Source of the DNA: Chlamydiia bacterium
GTDB lineage: Bacteria > Chlamydiota > Chlamydiia > Chlamydiales > Parachlamydiaceae
DNA: 43,550 nt
Reading direction: 5' to 3'
Assembly (NCBI GenBank): GCA_020440465.1
Contig: JAGROB010000054.1
Span: 1-43,550 of the forward strand
Part shown: positions 43,033 through 43,550 of the stretch, piece after piece
How positions within the stretch are numbered: the stretch's first letter is position 1
How the letters are laid out: every line of letters starts with the position of its first letter
The notes under the pieces: generated by a model
What the model saw: only the letters and a program-made list of their open reading frames with translations
Databases searched by the model: none
Told to the model about the DNA's origin: nothing
Position numbers and translations under genes: made by a program

Positions 43033-43550
43033 TTGACGCGGATCTCCTGCCCCACTTTAAGATGCTTAGATTTTTCTTCCGTCATGTTATTGAGTCGTAA
43101 GATATCTTCAAACCTGACGTGGAACTTTTTCGCGATCTTCCAGGGATTGTCTCCGCTTTGAATCTTGTAAAAGACCGGGCCTTGTCCGTCTGGACTCTCT
43201 TTTTGACTTAGCGGCTCTTGAATCTTGGGTTTTTCAGCCGGCTTTTTCTCTCCTACAGGGACTTTAAGCGTCTGTCCAACTGCGAGCTTGTCATTTTTTA
43301 AATTATTCAATGCCTTTATAGCGTTGACCGTGGTTCCGTTGGCGCGGGCGATTTTTTCAAGCATATCCCCTTTTTTTACCTTCACTTCAACAATCTTATC
43401 GGAGGTTTTTTGGAGAGGTAAAATACTTTCTTGAACAGGTTCCGATTTAACCACAGGCTCTGTCTTAAAGACTTCGATCACTTCTTCTTCAAGGAGGGTT
43501 GTGTTTGAGCTTTCCTGCGGTAAAAACTCTTTCAGAGCCAGATCGACATC
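43029..43550 (-). CDS. LysM-domain peptidoglycan-binding protein, 5'-truncated by the window edge
   Basis: Two LysM repeats (VKVKKGDMLEKIARANGTTVNAIKALNNL...GQTLKVP and YKIQSGDNPWKIAKKFHVRFEDILRLNNM...GQEIRV). The ORF-track start at 43481 is GTG. My translation of 43482..43550 shows no stop, so the gene probably starts beyond the window. Confidence 0.8.
   Translation of the reverse strand, partial: DVDLALKEFLPQESSNTTLLEEEVIEVFKTEPVVKSEPVQESILPLQKTSDKIVEVKVKKGDMLEKIARANGTTVNAIKALNNLKNDKLAVGQTLKVPVGEKKPAEKPKIQEPLSQKESPDGQGPVFYKIQSGDNPWKIAKKFHVRFEDILRLNNMTEEKSKHLKVGQEIRVK

Overview
This is a dense, mostly minus-strand chromosomal window. It reads as an environmental member of the phylum Chlamydiae; the species is not identifiable from sequence alone. 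The support for that assignment is:
- an uninterrupted MurC-Ddl fusion inside a LysM-ftsW-murG-murC/ddl-ftsQ cluster with no ftsZ or ftsA;
- an RsbV-type STAS protein;
- a small protein with an Inc-like bilobed hydrophobic domain;
- a backbone gene order (priA, lysS/cysS, aas, nudix-fabF-rsfS, miaA-rsbV, dcw) that, from my memory of C. trachomatis CT759-CT782, looks syntenic.

Housekeeping genes recognised: mutS, priA, rimO, lysS, cysS, an aas-like tri-domain gene, fabF, rsfS, nadD, type III glutamine synthetase, a HAD hydrolase, miaA, cutA, ftsQ, murC/ddl, murG and ftsW.

Accessory or unusual content:
1. A HigB/HigA-like toxin-antitoxin pair sits at the left edge.
2. The best candidate for an undescribed system is a nine-gene, translationally coupled operon (2524..11445, minus strand). 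In transcription order it encodes a TPR + C-terminal beta-barrel porin, an Hpt protein, a stand-alone receiver, a membrane-anchored HEAT-repeat protein, a processive GT2 synthase with a QxxRW motif, a UDP-HexNAc-type dehydrogenase, an SDR epimerase/decarboxylase, a soluble PAS histidine kinase and a second stand-alone receiver. This looks like a synthase-dependent exopolysaccharide secretion machine wired to a His-Asp-His-Asp phosphorelay rather than to c-di-GMP.
3. A 330-bp GC-rich nested-palindrome element with 62-bp terminal inverted repeats lies between the convergent lysS and cysS units.
4. Several orphan proteins are present: a Pro-rich/coiled-coil protein, an Inc-like protein and an SSB-like protein without the acidic tail.

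I saw no rRNA, tRNA, CRISPR array, transposase or integrase. Many ORF-track entries are antisense or alternate-frame shadows of real genes and were not called. The ORF track translates TTG and GTG starts as M, so several starts were re-evaluated. My own non-ORF coordinates may be off by 1-2 nt.
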